From a virus, in the IMG/VR virus record IMGVR_UViG_3300006919_000042, positions 1-64,000 of that record: 64,000 nt of DNA. One strand, given 5' to 3'. Shown here piece by piece: positions 30,266 through 40,808 of the stretch. Made by a program: the position numbers and the translations under genes. Within the stretch, counting starts at the first letter, position 1; the number at the start of each line of letters is the position of its first letter. The notes beneath the pieces were generated by a model that worked only from the letters and a program-made list of their open reading frames with translations, did no database searches and was not told where the DNA came from.

Positions 30266-31088
30266 AGACTGTTTCCGTCGCTCTAAGGACCGCAATATCT
30301 TAACAGATGTTTGCTTCTACTATGAGCTTAAAACGATCTCAGACAATGGCTTTTTCGCCAAAGGAACGTTGAATTCACTTCATAAAGAGCTAGAATATTC
30401 TCAATCTAATATATGGAAGAGACTTGCCCGTCTAGTTAAACTTAAACTAATAAAACAAAACGCCAATGGATATCAGGTCGTATCATACGACCAATTGTTT
30501 GAAGTGTTAGGATATGACCTAACACCAACCGAAACACGTAGAGGAACGTTTAAAATACATAGGGTTCCGCTACAACAATGCAAACATATAAAGGACTTGC
30601 TAGCTTTCTTAGAGATAAGAGACAACTTAAAAAGCCAAGTTTACAGAGCCTTCAATAATCTGAGACGAACGGATCAGTACACAGGACAAAAACTTTACTG
30701 CGCTAATAATGAGGATAGAAAGAAATATCTGAATGAATATGCGAACAAAAATTACGTACAGATGATTGTCAGTAACGATCAGAATATCGAACTTTGTAAT
30801 ATGTTAGAAGCATTTGGGAAAGGAAAGAGTACACATTGTAATCCAGACGTTACATTATCCCTACAAGGGATTTGTAATCTATTAGGGTTATCTAATACTT
30901 CTTGCGCCCATTTAATTATCAACCGTTTAGTTGCTCAGAAGAGATTGACTAGTACTAGGAGAGAAGCGTTCATCGAAACCACTACTTTAACCTACACTGA
31001 ATTCAAAGCAAAATATTCTGATCAATATACTATGAGAAACGGAATGATATTTAGAACTTTAAGTAATCAACTTACTTGTATCAATTAA
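30240..31088 (+). CDS. Tandem winged-HTH protein (possible replication initiator or regulator)
   Basis: LHKELEYSQSNIWKRLARLVKLKLI and LSLQGICNLLG..RLVAQKRL wHTH-like segments. Confidence 0.5.
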   Translation: MNRHLKIPKDCFRRSKDRNILTDVCFYYELKTISDNGFFAKGTLNSLHKELEYSQSNIWKRLARLVKLKLIKQNANGYQVVSYDQLFEVLGYDLTPTETRRGTFKIHRVPLQQCKHIKDLLAFLEIRDNLKSQVYRAFNNLRRTDQYTGQKLYCANNEDRKKYLNEYANKNYVQMIVSNDQNIELCNMLEAFGKGKSTHCNPDVTLSLQGICNLLGLSNTSCAHLIINRLVAQKRLTSTRREAFIETTTLTYTEFKAKYSDQYTMRNGMIFRTLSNQLTCIN

Positions 31089-31140
31089 TAACACTACTTA
31101 CCTCCCTGAGGTAGATAATAAAAGCTATATATAAATCTAT

Positions 31141-31287
31141 ATGAATGATTTAGAATCAAAATATATATTTTTACCAGAACCAGAGAAGCCATTTGTTAGG
31201 TGTATACTCAACGAGACTATTCTAGTGCGCTACAACACCAAAGCATGGGAACATCCAATCGAAATGAACACACTTTGTTTGAATTAA
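31141..31287 (+). CDS. Small protein (48 aa), below the ORF-track cutoff
   Basis: MNDLESKY...NTLCLN*. Confidence 0.45.
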   Translation: MNDLESKYIFLPEPEKPFVRCILNETILVRYNTKAWEHPIEMNTLCLN

Positions 31288-31309
31288 TTAGGAAATAATG
31301 CACCAAAAA

Positions 31310-31340
31310 GTTGCACCATAGATATATAATGGGTATCTTT
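31310..31340 (+). promoter_or_regulatory. Conserved phage promoter GTTGC-N4/5-AGATA-N9-TATCTTT (representative copy)
   Basis: Other copies start at 31563, 33313, 42403, 47876, 49716, 51237, 52164, 52757, 53832, 56783 and 62399; variants at 16654, 21283 and 35807. Confidence 0.85.
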
Positions 31341-31394
31341 ATCTCAGAATAAAGCACGAAGCCTTATTTGAATCACAACTTAAATCGGAATATT

Positions 31395-31535
31395 ATGAAA
31401 ACTTTAAACAACATTTTAAACACAGACACAGTAACAAAAGTAGGTTATTTAATCGCTGCTACATTAATCACATTAGCTATTACAGCTGCAATCTTTGCAG
31501 TAAACAACCCTGAAAGAATTTCACTTTCATTTTAA
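31395..31535 (+). CDS. Small membrane protein (46 aa)
   Basis: AAATCGGAA leader; single hydrophobic helix VGYLIAATLITLAITAAIFAV. Confidence 0.7.
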   Translation: MKTLNNILNTDTVTKVGYLIAATLITLAITAAIFAVNNPERISLSF

Positions 31536-31623
31536 TACTGCACTAAAATAATGCACTTAAATGTTGCATAGAGATATAAAATGTGTATCTTTATGCAACA
31601 TTAATCGTTTAAATACATATATT

Positions 31624-32472
31624 ATGTCACTACAAATCGGATTCGCAACACAGTTCTTCACTCTTTGGAGCGTAGGAGAACCTTTCAAACATTTTTTTAA
31701 TAAGTATGACTTTGAGTACAGAACAAGTATTCAATACCTTAGAAACCTTTCTAAGGATGAAGCTAAAGCAATTGACAAAGCAGTTAAATTTGGTGCTACA
31801 GATACATCAGTACATGAGTACCTAAGAGGTAAGAGTCAATCATTCACAGTTAGTGGATCAAAAGGAACTGATCGTCCAGATTGGGAATTTCCTGATGGGA
31901 TTCATAGACATGGATTTGGTGATATCAGAAAATTTGGTATTGCTCAGGAAGGTGAAGATCCGATGACTAGGGGATTCGTTGAGAGAAAAGCTGATAAGAT
32001 CAAAGCTCTATGGACTTTGTACTTGAAGAAAGAGATACTTTTCGGTGAGAATAGTGCTCGTCCTGATTGGATTCGTCCATGCGTATATGCTAGAAGACAA
32101 CTTATTAACTTAGGTGTAATCGTTAAGCATGATGGTCAGTATATGACTCCAGCACAAGTTGAGAAACATGATGCTAGAAAAGCACTTGAGGTAATAAAGA
32201 ATACTGCAACTGCAGGTCATCACGAGAATGATGGTGATAAAGTTCAATTGAACCTGAAACAGATTGATTCATTTGGATTTGAAAGTCAATTCGGATACAC
32301 TCACATCATTACTTATATCGACGACCAAAACCGTCTATTCAAATATATGGGAGCTTCTGCACCAGGAATATCTACGGAGAATTTCTCAACAATAAAATGT
32401 ACAATTAAGCACGCTGAATATAAAGAGGTCAAAGAGACTAAGATTCAGAGAGCTAGAGTATTAACTAAATAA
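31624..32472 (+). CDS. Accessory protein with C-terminal OB-fold-like domain
   Basis: Start moved to ATG 31624, downstream of the promoter; C-terminal ..ESQFG..IKCTIKHAEYKEVKETKIQR. Confidence 0.55.
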   Translation: MSLQIGFATQFFTLWSVGEPFKHFFNKYDFEYRTSIQYLRNLSKDEAKAIDKAVKFGATDTSVHEYLRGKSQSFTVSGSKGTDRPDWEFPDGIHRHGFGDIRKFGIAQEGEDPMTRGFVERKADKIKALWTLYLKKEILFGENSARPDWIRPCVYARRQLINLGVIVKHDGQYMTPAQVEKHDARKALEVIKNTATAGHHENDGDKVQLNLKQIDSFGFESQFGYTHIITYIDDQNRLFKYMGASAPGISTENFSTIKCTIKHAEYKEVKETKIQRARVLTK

Positions 32473-32483
32473 AATCGGAAATC

Positions 32484-33308
32484 ATGTCAGACGAAAAATT
32501 ATTAGACAAAATTAAAAAATTAATCACCCTTGCAAATGATGCAGGGGCAACGGAAGCAGAGGCAGATACTGCAATGAGTATGGCCAACAGACTGTTATTA
32601 ATGCACAACCTTACAATGGCTGATGTCAAGTTAAAGCCTGATGCTAAGTTTGAACGTAAGGATGGCGCAATCATCATTGGTGAGGGTCATCACGAAGGTA
32701 GTTGGGAAGATGCATTGATGGCAGTATTATGTCAATTCAATATGTGTTCAAGTATTATTCATAGAACAAAAGGTCTTCGTAGAGCTGGCATTACTATTAT
32801 TGGTGCCAAAGCTAATGTTGAGATCGTACTATACTTATTTGATAGTGCACGTAATATGTATAGAGGACTTGCAAGTAAACGTTACAGTGAATACAGTAAG
32901 GCTATTGTTAATTTGTTCAAGCCACATGGTTATGATAGAAAATCACTTTACAAATTGACTCACAACGACCTTTATTCTAACGGTAATAAGGACCGAGTTT
33001 TAGAACGTAGAGGTGTTTGGAGACCACAATACCTAAAAGGATGTGTATGTGGCCTGCAAAACAAGTTACAAGCGCAAAAAGATGAGATGATGCAACAAGA
33101 ATATGCTGGAGGTATGGAATTAATGTTAGTTGATAACATGAAAGAGCTTGAAGAATTTGTTAAAATGGAATTTGACAATCTTAAACAAGGTAAGTCAAGA
33201 CAGATGCCAACTAGAAAACAGGCATTCTCAAAAGGAGTTAGAGATGCTCGTGAAACTGAATTGGTTCAAGGACTAGGAGACTTCACTCCATCAGAAAAAA
33301 TTGCATAA
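32484..33308 (+). CDS. DUF2786-domain protein
   Basis: N-terminal KLLDKIKKLITLA...TEAEADTAMSMANRLLLMHNL. Confidence 0.75.
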   Translation: MSDEKLLDKIKKLITLANDAGATEAEADTAMSMANRLLLMHNLTMADVKLKPDAKFERKDGAIIIGEGHHEGSWEDALMAVLCQFNMCSSIIHRTKGLRRAGITIIGAKANVEIVLYLFDSARNMYRGLASKRYSEYSKAIVNLFKPHGYDRKSLYKLTHNDLYSNGNKDRVLERRGVWRPQYLKGCVCGLQNKLQAQKDEMMQQEYAGGMELMLVDNMKELEEFVKMEFDNLKQGKSRQMPTRKQAFSKGVRDARETELVQGLGDFTPSEKIA

Positions 33309-33367
33309 AAAAGTTGCACTAAAGATATAGGATGTGTATCTTTCCGTAGAATTAAAATCGGAATATC

Positions 33368-33619
33368 ATGGAATACATTGTAATTTTAGGAAAAGGATCA
33401 GTTAAAGGAACAACAATTCCCACGTCATTAAAGGTGTGGTCATCTAAATTCAATCGTGAGGTTGGAGATAAGATCACATTTGAAGGAGAAGTTTGGACAG
33501 TGCAACAAGCAGAGCTTTCATCTAAACAAGAAGCTATTGAATTGAAGAATAGCATCATCGAACTCTTTATCGAGAAAGGATATTGGAAATCAGTAAGAAC
33601 ATTTAGAACAAAATTTTAA
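33368..33619 (+). CDS. Hypothetical protein
   Basis: Conserved promoter and leader box upstream. Confidence 0.65.
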   Translation: MEYIVILGKGSVKGTTIPTSLKVWSSKFNREVGDKITFEGEVWTVQQAELSSKQEAIELKNSIIELFIEKGYWKSVRTFRTKF

Positions 33620-33637
33620 TAATAAAATCGGAAAATC

Positions 33638-35815
33638 ATGAAATTAGTACAAGAATCGTTTAATGACACAGTAATGGGATCTGAAAAAGAGATGAATTTC
33701 TCTATCAGTGACGATAATCCTATCATCTTCGAAATCCTTAGAGATAAGATGTATAGCAATAAGATCGGTAGTATCTGTAGAGAAGTATCTTCAAACTCAC
33801 GTGATGCTAATAGAGAAGCTGGAAATGCTGATCTACCAATTGAGATCACAATTATCAAACCATCAGATAAGATTAATATCAACGCATTAGTTGGTCACTT
33901 GAGTATATCATTCAAGGATTATGGTGTTGGAATTACTCCTGACCGTATGGAAAACGTATTCGTAAAGTATGCTGCGTCAACTAAAAGAGATACAAATTCA
34001 CAAACCGGTGGATTCGGATTAGGTGCAAAGACACCATTCGCATATACTGACACTTTCACAATCGTTACAATTTGTAATTGGGAAGGAAAACTTCAGAAAT
34101 TCACATATACTGCAATGATTGATGCTAGTAGAAAAGGTAAGATGATACTTTTTGAAACTGAGGATGCTCCAGATCAATCTACTGGAACTCAGATAATTAT
34201 ACCAATTAACACTCCAAATGACAGAGCACAATTTGAGAGAGAATGTGTAAACTACACATCATTCTGGGGAGTTGGTCAGGTTAAGTACAATGGATTTGAG
34301 AATGAGCCTAGTGTAAATGCAATCATTCAAGACACAGATCAGTTCACGATATATTATAATGAAGACCTTGACAAAAGGTATAAGTTACTTATTGATGGTG
34401 TGCCTTATCCACTTGACAGAGACTACGTTAAAGTTAGTCGTTTAGGATTAGGTAGTGGATATTGCTTAGCTCTAAAATTTGGAGTTGGTCAACTGAATAT
34501 CAGTGCAAATCGTGAGTCAATCCAATATGATGACGCTACAGTTAAGAAAATCAACAAGTTATATGCTGATATCAAAGCTGATATCCTTAAAATGTTTGTT
34601 GAGAAATTAAGTAGTGCAGACAACTATTTAGAGGCTTGTATCAAACATGCTACAGTTAATGCTAAGTTTCATGATATCAGATACATTGAAGATATTGACA
34701 CTCGATTAATCGCATATGCATTTGCTGATGGTGGATATGGTAGTGAGAGAGGAATTCTTTGGGATTGTAAAAGACAAGTGTTGAAATCAAATGATTATGA
34801 AGGGAAGAAGATAATCACTAGATTTCAATTCAAACACCATAAGGTGATCTTTGTTAAGAATCCAGGCACTTATGATAAAGTGAAGTACGCAGAGACTTCA
34901 TCATTTGGAATTAGCCCACGTAATATCAAGATTGCAAAATACTACGGGGACAAGAAGAGAAACATCAGAAGAAACCGCACTATTTGGGATGAGCAGATTG
35001 CCAATGAAATGGATACATTTATGTTAATCGTTCCAACCGGCGATGATGTTAAAGGTCAGAATAATGAAATGCTTGCATTTCAAGATGTTGGATTTGAATT
35101 CAAGATGTATGGTGATGTGCCAATGAAGAAGGGTGATTCAACTTACAGTAAGTACGTTAAACAACCTAACGTTTGGGTTAAATGTAGAGAATTCAACAGT
35201 AGCATTTATAACGATAATGAGAGCTTTGATTTAGATATAGACAGAGCAACGTTGAAAATTAATCCCACACAAGGAAAAACCAAAGATTTTGTGTACTATA
35301 TGATTGATACATTGAAGGACGCAAATGAGGTTTGTTCGTGGAGAAAACATACTATGTTCAAAGCGCTAACTAAGTTAGGTGGAAAAAGAGTGATATTAGT
35401 CAATGAGAGATCACATAGAAACTATATTTCTAAGATGAAGATGCAAAGTGCAGACGATGCATTTAAGGCTCTTAGAACGAAGCATTTGGCTGCTTGGACG
35501 GTACAGAGAGATTTGAAAGCAATCAAACGATTCTCAAGAGATTGTGGCTTTCCTGAGAAAGGAATTGAGAAGCTCCCTGAGCTGTTTCCAAAAGTATTGG
35601 TTGAAGCACTAACAACTGATACAGATAAACATCACAATTTCAATGAGTTATGTGGAGATAAGATTCCAGCATTAGATATCAATAAGATGAAAGAGGACAT
35701 TAATGCAATGAATAAAAAGTATCCAATGTTGAAGCCATTCATATATAACAGAGGAAGTGGAATCACAGCAGAAGAATTAACTCACGTCAGAAATTACATT
35801 AAGACAGTTGTGTAG
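33638..35815 (+). CDS. rIIA: rIIA-like protein (GHKL ATPase N-terminus)
   Basis: MYSNK..REVSSNSRDA, KDYGVG, STK..TGGFGLGAKTPFAY, SANRESI. Confidence 0.85.
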   Translation: MKLVQESFNDTVMGSEKEMNFSISDDNPIIFEILRDKMYSNKIGSICREVSSNSRDANREAGNADLPIEITIIKPSDKININALVGHLSISFKDYGVGITPDRMENVFVKYAASTKRDTNSQTGGFGLGAKTPFAYTDTFTIVTICNWEGKLQKFTYTAMIDASRKGKMILFETEDAPDQSTGTQIIIPINTPNDRAQFERECVNYTSFWGVGQVKYNGFENEPSVNAIIQDTDQFTIYYNEDLDKRYKLLIDGVPYPLDRDYVKVSRLGLGSGYCLALKFGVGQLNISANRESIQYDDATVKKINKLYADIKADILKMFVEKLSSADNYLEACIKHATVNAKFHDIRYIEDIDTRLIAYAFADGGYGSERGILWDCKRQVLKSNDYEGKKIITRFQFKHHKVIFVKNPGTYDKVKYAETSSFGISPRNIKIAKYYGDKKRNIRRNRTIWDEQIANEMDTFMLIVPTGDDVKGQNNEMLAFQDVGFEFKMYGDVPMKKGDSTYSKYVKQPNVWVKCREFNSSIYNDNESFDLDIDRATLKINPTQGKTKDFVYYMIDTLKDANEVCSWRKHTMFKALTKLGGKRVILVNERSHRNYISKMKMQSADDAFKALRTKHLAAWTVQRDLKAIKRFSRDCGFPEKGIEKLPELFPKVLVEALTTDTDKHHNFNELCGDKIPALDINKMKEDINAMNKKYPMLKPFIYNRGSGITAEELTHVRNYIKTVV

Positions 35816-35866
35816 AACATATATAGTAAGTATCTTTAAACAATAATAATCGTAAAATAATTCACC

Positions 35867-37372
35867 ATGAGTAAAAAAATCAAAGCAATCGTAAGTGAGA
35901 AAACAATCGTTATCCACTACGACGGGAAAAAAGTTAACATCCAAAAACAGACGGATCAAACACTATTCCAAGAAGTATCTCTGTTGATTGACAACAAAGA
36001 TGAAAAGGCATTAATTGCCAAATTCAAATCGATCAAAGAGATCGCAGAAAAATTCTCCAACAAGATGATTGAAGTTGATAATGATGGCAAAGCCACTCTG
36101 AAAGGAAGTGACCGAGTTATTCCACCTGCAGTGATTAAGAAGATGTTAGAGCTTGAAAAAGACCAACAAGACTTCTTACCACTAATCAGATTCTGGAGAA
36201 AACTTCAAAAGAACCCTAGTACTAATTCACGTGAACAACTTTATGGATTCATGCTTGCCAATCATATTCCGATTACAGAGCAAGGTGACATAGTTGTTGA
36301 AAAAGGAGTTAGTCAAAAACGAGGTGGAGTTCCAGGTCATTTAATTGACGGACACTCAGGAACAGTTGATAATAGTGTTGGACAGACTGTAGAAATGCCT
36401 AGAAGTGGTGTCGTTGATGATCCAAAACAAACTTGTAGTCGAGGACTTCATGTTGGAGCACCTGACTTCGTTAGAAATCACTGGAACCAAAAGATCATCA
36501 TTGAATGTGTAGTTAATCCTGAGGACGTAGTATCTGTTCCAGTTGATTATAGGAACACCAAGATGAGAGTTTGTAAGTATAAAGTAATGGGATATAGTTC
36601 TAAGAGTGAGAGAACTAATCAAGTCGTTGCAGTATCCGATTTTGTTACACTACCAAGTGAGGCTGTATTGAAACTTCTTAAAGATGGTGTTGAAGGTGGA
36701 AAAGAGCAGAATGAGCCTAATGAGAAGCAGGCTGTAGTTACTAGCATTAAAGTCAATAAATCAATTACAACTACCAATGAGTATGTTGAAACATTGAGTA
36801 AGATGACTGCAGGTAAAATCATCACACACGTTGAGGAGGTTACAGGAACGAAGATTACCCTTAATCCTAAGAACAAGAAAGCCATCATCAAGAAAGGTGC
36901 TGAGTTACTTGAGATATTCCACACCACTAAACAGATTGCTGCGACGCAAGAAACTCAAGATGAAGTAATTGCTACTGTCAAGAAGCAAGAAACTGGTCCT
37001 TGGAGTGTAAGAATGACAAGTGCTGGTAGCAGTAAACTTGCAGTAGCTAAACTATATGTTGAACAATTCAATTGTGGTTTAAGAGCTGGTAAGCAGATGA
37101 TTGATAAAGCACCATTCGTTATGATATCAGGTGCTAGTAAAAGATTTGCTGAAAGATATGTAAAGCTGTTTACTGAGGTTGGTGCTAAGATGGAGACGTT
37201 CAAACCGAATGTTGATAAGAAAGAGATCGTTCTTTCAAACCACACAATTCCTCAACTAATTGGAATGGTACAAGCTAAATTCAATGAGAGAATTAAGAGT
37301 AGAGCGCCTAGAACAGAGGTTGAATCTATCACAAGAAAGCTGTATGAAAGTGCAGGTTATAAAGTAATCTAA
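35867..37372 (+). CDS. rIIB: rIIB-like protein with a fused ribosomal bL12 CTD-like domain
   Basis: NPS..QLYGF, EMPRSGV, CSRGLHVG, VNPEDVVSVP, KMRVCKY; L12-like segment at about 37001-37204. Confidence 0.85.
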   Translation: MSKKIKAIVSEKTIVIHYDGKKVNIQKQTDQTLFQEVSLLIDNKDEKALIAKFKSIKEIAEKFSNKMIEVDNDGKATLKGSDRVIPPAVIKKMLELEKDQQDFLPLIRFWRKLQKNPSTNSREQLYGFMLANHIPITEQGDIVVEKGVSQKRGGVPGHLIDGHSGTVDNSVGQTVEMPRSGVVDDPKQTCSRGLHVGAPDFVRNHWNQKIIIECVVNPEDVVSVPVDYRNTKMRVCKYKVMGYSSKSERTNQVVAVSDFVTLPSEAVLKLLKDGVEGGKEQNEPNEKQAVVTSIKVNKSITTTNEYVETLSKMTAGKIITHVEEVTGTKITLNPKNKKAIIKKGAELLEIFHTTKQIAATQETQDEVIATVKKQETGPWSVRMTSAGSSKLAVAKLYVEQFNCGLRAGKQMIDKAPFVMISGASKRFAERYVKLFTEVGAKMETFKPNVDKKEIVLSNHTIPQLIGMVQAKFNERIKSRAPRTEVESITRKLYESAGYKVI

Positions 37373-37380
37373 TTCACAAA

Positions 37381-37404
37381 AGGGCCATTAACGTGGCCCT
37401 TTTT
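37381..37404 (+). terminator. Intrinsic terminator
   Basis: AGGGCCA-ttaacg-TGGCCCT-TTTT. Confidence 0.8.
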
Positions 37405-37417
37405 AAATTCACAAAAC

Positions 37418-37630
37418 ATGATAGTTTATAGAGAAGAGAAAGGTGGACTGATTACATTAGATGTATCAACACTGACGGCTGAGGAACTGACTGAGGAAGT
37501 CTTAGACAGATTCTATGTAATAGTAAGAAAGAAGTGGTGGGAGTCTCATCGTAGATTCTTGAAGAGAATTGCTAAAGTTTATAAGCAAAAGTCAAACACA
37601 ATGGTAACATATAAAGGAAAAGTATTATGA
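37418..37630 (+). CDS. Hypothetical protein
   Basis: 70-aa ORF. Confidence 0.5.
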   Translation: MIVYREEKGGLITLDVSTLTAEELTEEVLDRFYVIVRKKWWESHRRFLKRIAKVYKQKSNTMVTYKGKVL

Positions 37631-38238
37631 TAATAGCAATCTCCGGTAAGGCTGGATCAGGAAAGGATGAAGTAGGTAAGATTATTCAATATCTTACAAG
37701 TCCAAGTGCAATATCAAAAGGAACTTATACACATTGTCAACAGTACGGTCACGTATATGACGTTGACTTTGTAATTCATAAGTTCGCTGCAAAGCTCAAA
37801 TCAAGTATCGAGCATAAGTTTCCAAACGATTTCAATGCATTCTTGTGGGAGACCTCAGGATCTGAATATCGTGATGAAGTAATTAAATGCTTAGGAATGA
37901 CTCGTAGAGAGTTGTTGATTGATGAAGCAATGGCACTCAGAGGGATTAATAAGGATTATTGGGTAGCAGCATTGATGGGAGAATACACTCTAGCAAGAAA
38001 GTGGTTGATAACAGATATGAGATTTCCAAACGAACTTGAAGCTGTTGTTGAGAAACAAGGGTTCTGCTTACGTGTAGAACGTCCAGGAGCAAAGTTAATC
38101 GACTCAATCTCAGAAACTAGCTTAGACCACATCGTAGGTCAAGGAAAAGGCTTAGATGACGTAATCATCAATGATGGAACTATTGAGCAATTAGTTCAGT
38201 GCGTTCGTCATTGGATGATAGAGAGAGAGTTGCTTTGA
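37627..38238 (+). CDS. Deoxynucleoside monophosphate kinase
   Basis: ISGKAGSGKD, FAAKLK, ITDMRFPNE, SETSLD, INDGT. Confidence 0.88.
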   Translation: MIIAISGKAGSGKDEVGKIIQYLTSPSAISKGTYTHCQQYGHVYDVDFVIHKFAAKLKSSIEHKFPNDFNAFLWETSGSEYRDEVIKCLGMTRRELLIDEAMALRGINKDYWVAALMGEYTLARKWLITDMRFPNELEAVVEKQGFCLRVERPGAKLIDSISETSLDHIVGQGKGLDDVIINDGTIEQLVQCVRHWMIERELL

Positions 38239-38729
38239 ATTTAGTGACAATACATACTGACGGAAGCGCAGTCAATAACAAGACTGTACACAACTCAGGC
38301 CATGGAGGGGCTGGTGTGGTATTTCATCATGGTGAAAGAGAAGTGACTCGACATTTTGGGTCATTCAGAAATACCACATCCGCACGCATGGAAATCTTCG
38401 CAATCATTAAAGCACTCGAACTAACACGTCCAGGAGTTTTGATTAAATTATTCACAGATAATCAATACTGTAGTAATACAATAAATCATGATTGGTACAA
38501 TAAATGGATCACTACTCAAGCTGATAAAGCCAATATGGATCTGTGGAGACGATTCAAAAAGATATATCAAACACATACATGCAACGGTAGTAGGATTGAA
38601 GTGACTTGGATAAAAGGTCACGCAAAGGGAAAGTATATTCATAATGAGACAGCAGACCGTTTGGCCACTAAGGGTCGCCTAAAAGTCCGCGAGATTGTTG
38701 ACAACCGAGATGGATTCAAAAATTGTTAA
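38235..38729 (+). CDS. rnhA: Ribonuclease HI
   Basis: HTDGS, RMEIFA, TDNQY, NMDLW, WIKGHA, NETADRLA; probable TTG start. Confidence 0.9.
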   Translation: MNLVTIHTDGSAVNNKTVHNSGHGGAGVVFHHGEREVTRHFGSFRNTTSARMEIFAIIKALELTRPGVLIKLFTDNQYCSNTINHDWYNKWITTQADKANMDLWRRFKKIYQTHTCNGSRIEVTWIKGHAKGKYIHNETADRLATKGRLKVREIVDNRDGFKNC

Positions 38730-38813
38730 AAAATACAATCGAATAACCCATTCAAGAACTAAAGATTGTTAGTATTTTTATACTTCAATTTCAAAAAAAT
38801 AACACCCACCAAC

Positions 38814-40808
38814 ATGGCGAGAAAATTCAAACTCAAGCAAGCATTTATAGAGCAATACAAAACCAAAAAGCCTCCATTCGGATTTAATGGCTTGGGAGAA
38901 TTAACATACATCAGGACATATTCAAGAGTAAAAGCAGATGGGACCAACGAGGTTTGGTATGAAACAGTAAGAAGAGTAGTCGAAGGTACGTACAGAATTC
39001 AGCAGCGACATATTGAAAAGTATGGACTTGGCTGGAGTGAGTGGAAAGCTAATAATTCAGCTGAGGAGATGTATGATCGAATGTTCTCAATGAAGTTCCT
39101 TCCTCCTGGAAGAGGACTTTGGGCAATGGGAACAGCACTAACTGAGGAGCGAGATTTGTTTGCAGCATTAAACAACTGTGCATTCGTATCGACTGAGAAT
39201 ATTGGTTATAGTGGCGATGAAGCAGTTAAGCCATTTACATTCCTGATGGATATGAGTATGTTGGGAGTAGGAGTAGGATTTGATGTTCATGGAGAAAATA
39301 AGATTATTCTTGAAACACCTGATACAGAACAAATTACCTATAAGATTCCAGATACACGTGAAGGTTGGGTAGAGTCAGTTTCAATACTACTCAAGAATTA
39401 TTTCATGAAAGGACAGAAGCAAGTAGAATTTGATTATTCAGACATTCGTCCATATGGAACGCTAATTAAAACGTTTGGAGGTACTGCCTCAGGACCAGAT
39501 CCATTAATAGAACTACACAATCAGATCCGCAAGACATTCTCAGATAGACAAGATGAAAGAATCACTCAAACAGATATCGTTGATATCATGAACCACATTG
39601 GTTGCTGCGTAGTTGCAGGTAATGTCAGACGTACAGCTGAAATAGTATTTGGAAGTCCTAAAAGTGATGAGTATTTGAAGCTTAAAAGTTACACATACAA
39701 TGCAGAAAAGGGTATTTATGAAGGAGAAATGGCTCACAGAGCTGATTATGGTTGGACATCAAACAATAGCGTTTATGCTGAATTAGGAATGGATTATTCC
39801 AAAGTAGCTAATCAAACAGCACGTAACGGAGAACCAGGATATGCATGGCTACAGAATATGCAAAAGTTTGGAAGAATGGTTGATCCACCAAACTGGAAAG
39901 ATAAGAAAGCTAAGGGAGCAAATCCTTGTGTAGAACAAACACTAGAATCATTTGAACTATGTTGTTTGGTTGAAACTTTTCCTACACTACATACTGACAT
40001 GGAAGATTACCTAAAGACGTTAAAATACGCTTATTTATATGCCAAAACAGTAACATTAGGGAAGACTCACTGGAGTGAAACTAATAAAGTGATGCTACGT
40101 AACAGAAGAATTGGAACATCACAAAGTGGAATTGCACAATTTGTTGAGAAGCACGGATTAGAAACTTACAGACAATGGTGTAATAATGGATACAATACAA
40201 TTCAAGCATACGATGAAGAGTACAGTGATTGGTTATGTATTCCAAGATCGATCAAAACAACTAGTGTAAAGCCAAGTGGAACAGTAAGTCTGTTGCCAGG
40301 AGTTACACCAGGAATGCACTATCCTGAGGCAGCTTGGTATAAGAGAAGAATCAGAATAGCTACAACCAGCGCACTTGTACAGAAATGTATTGATGCTGGA
40401 TATCACGTTGAGCCTGATGTAGTTAGTAGTAAAACAATGGTAGTTACAGTTCCTGTTCACATTCCAGGAGTGAGAACAATTGATCAAGTGTCGATGTGGG
40501 AACAACTGTCATTAGCTGCATTCATACAGCATTGGTGGGCAGACAATCAGGTAAGTTGTACAGTAACTTTCCAAAAAGAAGAGGGATCGCAGATTAAAGC
40601 TGCGTTGAACTACTTTCAATACAAGCTAAAAGGGATCAGTTTTCTACCAAAGACGGAAGCAGGTGCGTTTGCACAGATGCCTTACGAAGAGATAACAGAA
40701 CAAGAGTATGAAGATAGCGTCAAAGGGATTAAAGCACTAGACTTTAGTGGTGTTGGAGAGGATAGTACTCCAGAGAAGTATTGTGACTCAAGCAGTTGTG
40801 AGATATAA
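38814..40808 (+). CDS. nrdJ: Class II (adenosylcobalamin) ribonucleotide reductase, monomeric type
   Basis: RTYSR, PPGRGLW, LNNC, GNVRR, NPCVEQ, VKPSGT, C-terminal CDSSSC; no beta subunit nearby. Confidence 0.92.
   Translation: MARKFKLKQAFIEQYKTKKPPFGFNGLGELTYIRTYSRVKADGTNEVWYETVRRVVEGTYRIQQRHIEKYGLGWSEWKANNSAEEMYDRMFSMKFLPPGRGLWAMGTALTEERDLFAALNNCAFVSTENIGYSGDEAVKPFTFLMDMSMLGVGVGFDVHGENKIILETPDTEQITYKIPDTREGWVESVSILLKNYFMKGQKQVEFDYSDIRPYGTLIKTFGGTASGPDPLIELHNQIRKTFSDRQDERITQTDIVDIMNHIGCCVVAGNVRRTAEIVFGSPKSDEYLKLKSYTYNAEKGIYEGEMAHRADYGWTSNNSVYAELGMDYSKVANQTARNGEPGYAWLQNMQKFGRMVDPPNWKDKKAKGANPCVEQTLESFELCCLVETFPTLHTDMEDYLKTLKYAYLYAKTVTLGKTHWSETNKVMLRNRRIGTSQSGIAQFVEKHGLETYRQWCNNGYNTIQAYDEEYSDWLCIPRSIKTTSVKPSGTVSLLPGVTPGMHYPEAAWYKRRIRIATTSALVQKCIDAGYHVEPDVVSSKTMVVTVPVHIPGVRTIDQVSMWEQLSLAAFIQHWWADNQVSCTVTFQKEEGSQIKAALNYFQYKLKGISFLPKTEAGAFAQMPYEEITEQEYEDSVKGIKALDFSGVGEDSTPEKYCDSSSCEI

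Noticed and set aside
17776-40808. Inteins or introns in dnaE, recA or nrdJ
   Set aside because: Lengths and motif spacing are normal; no splice motifs seen
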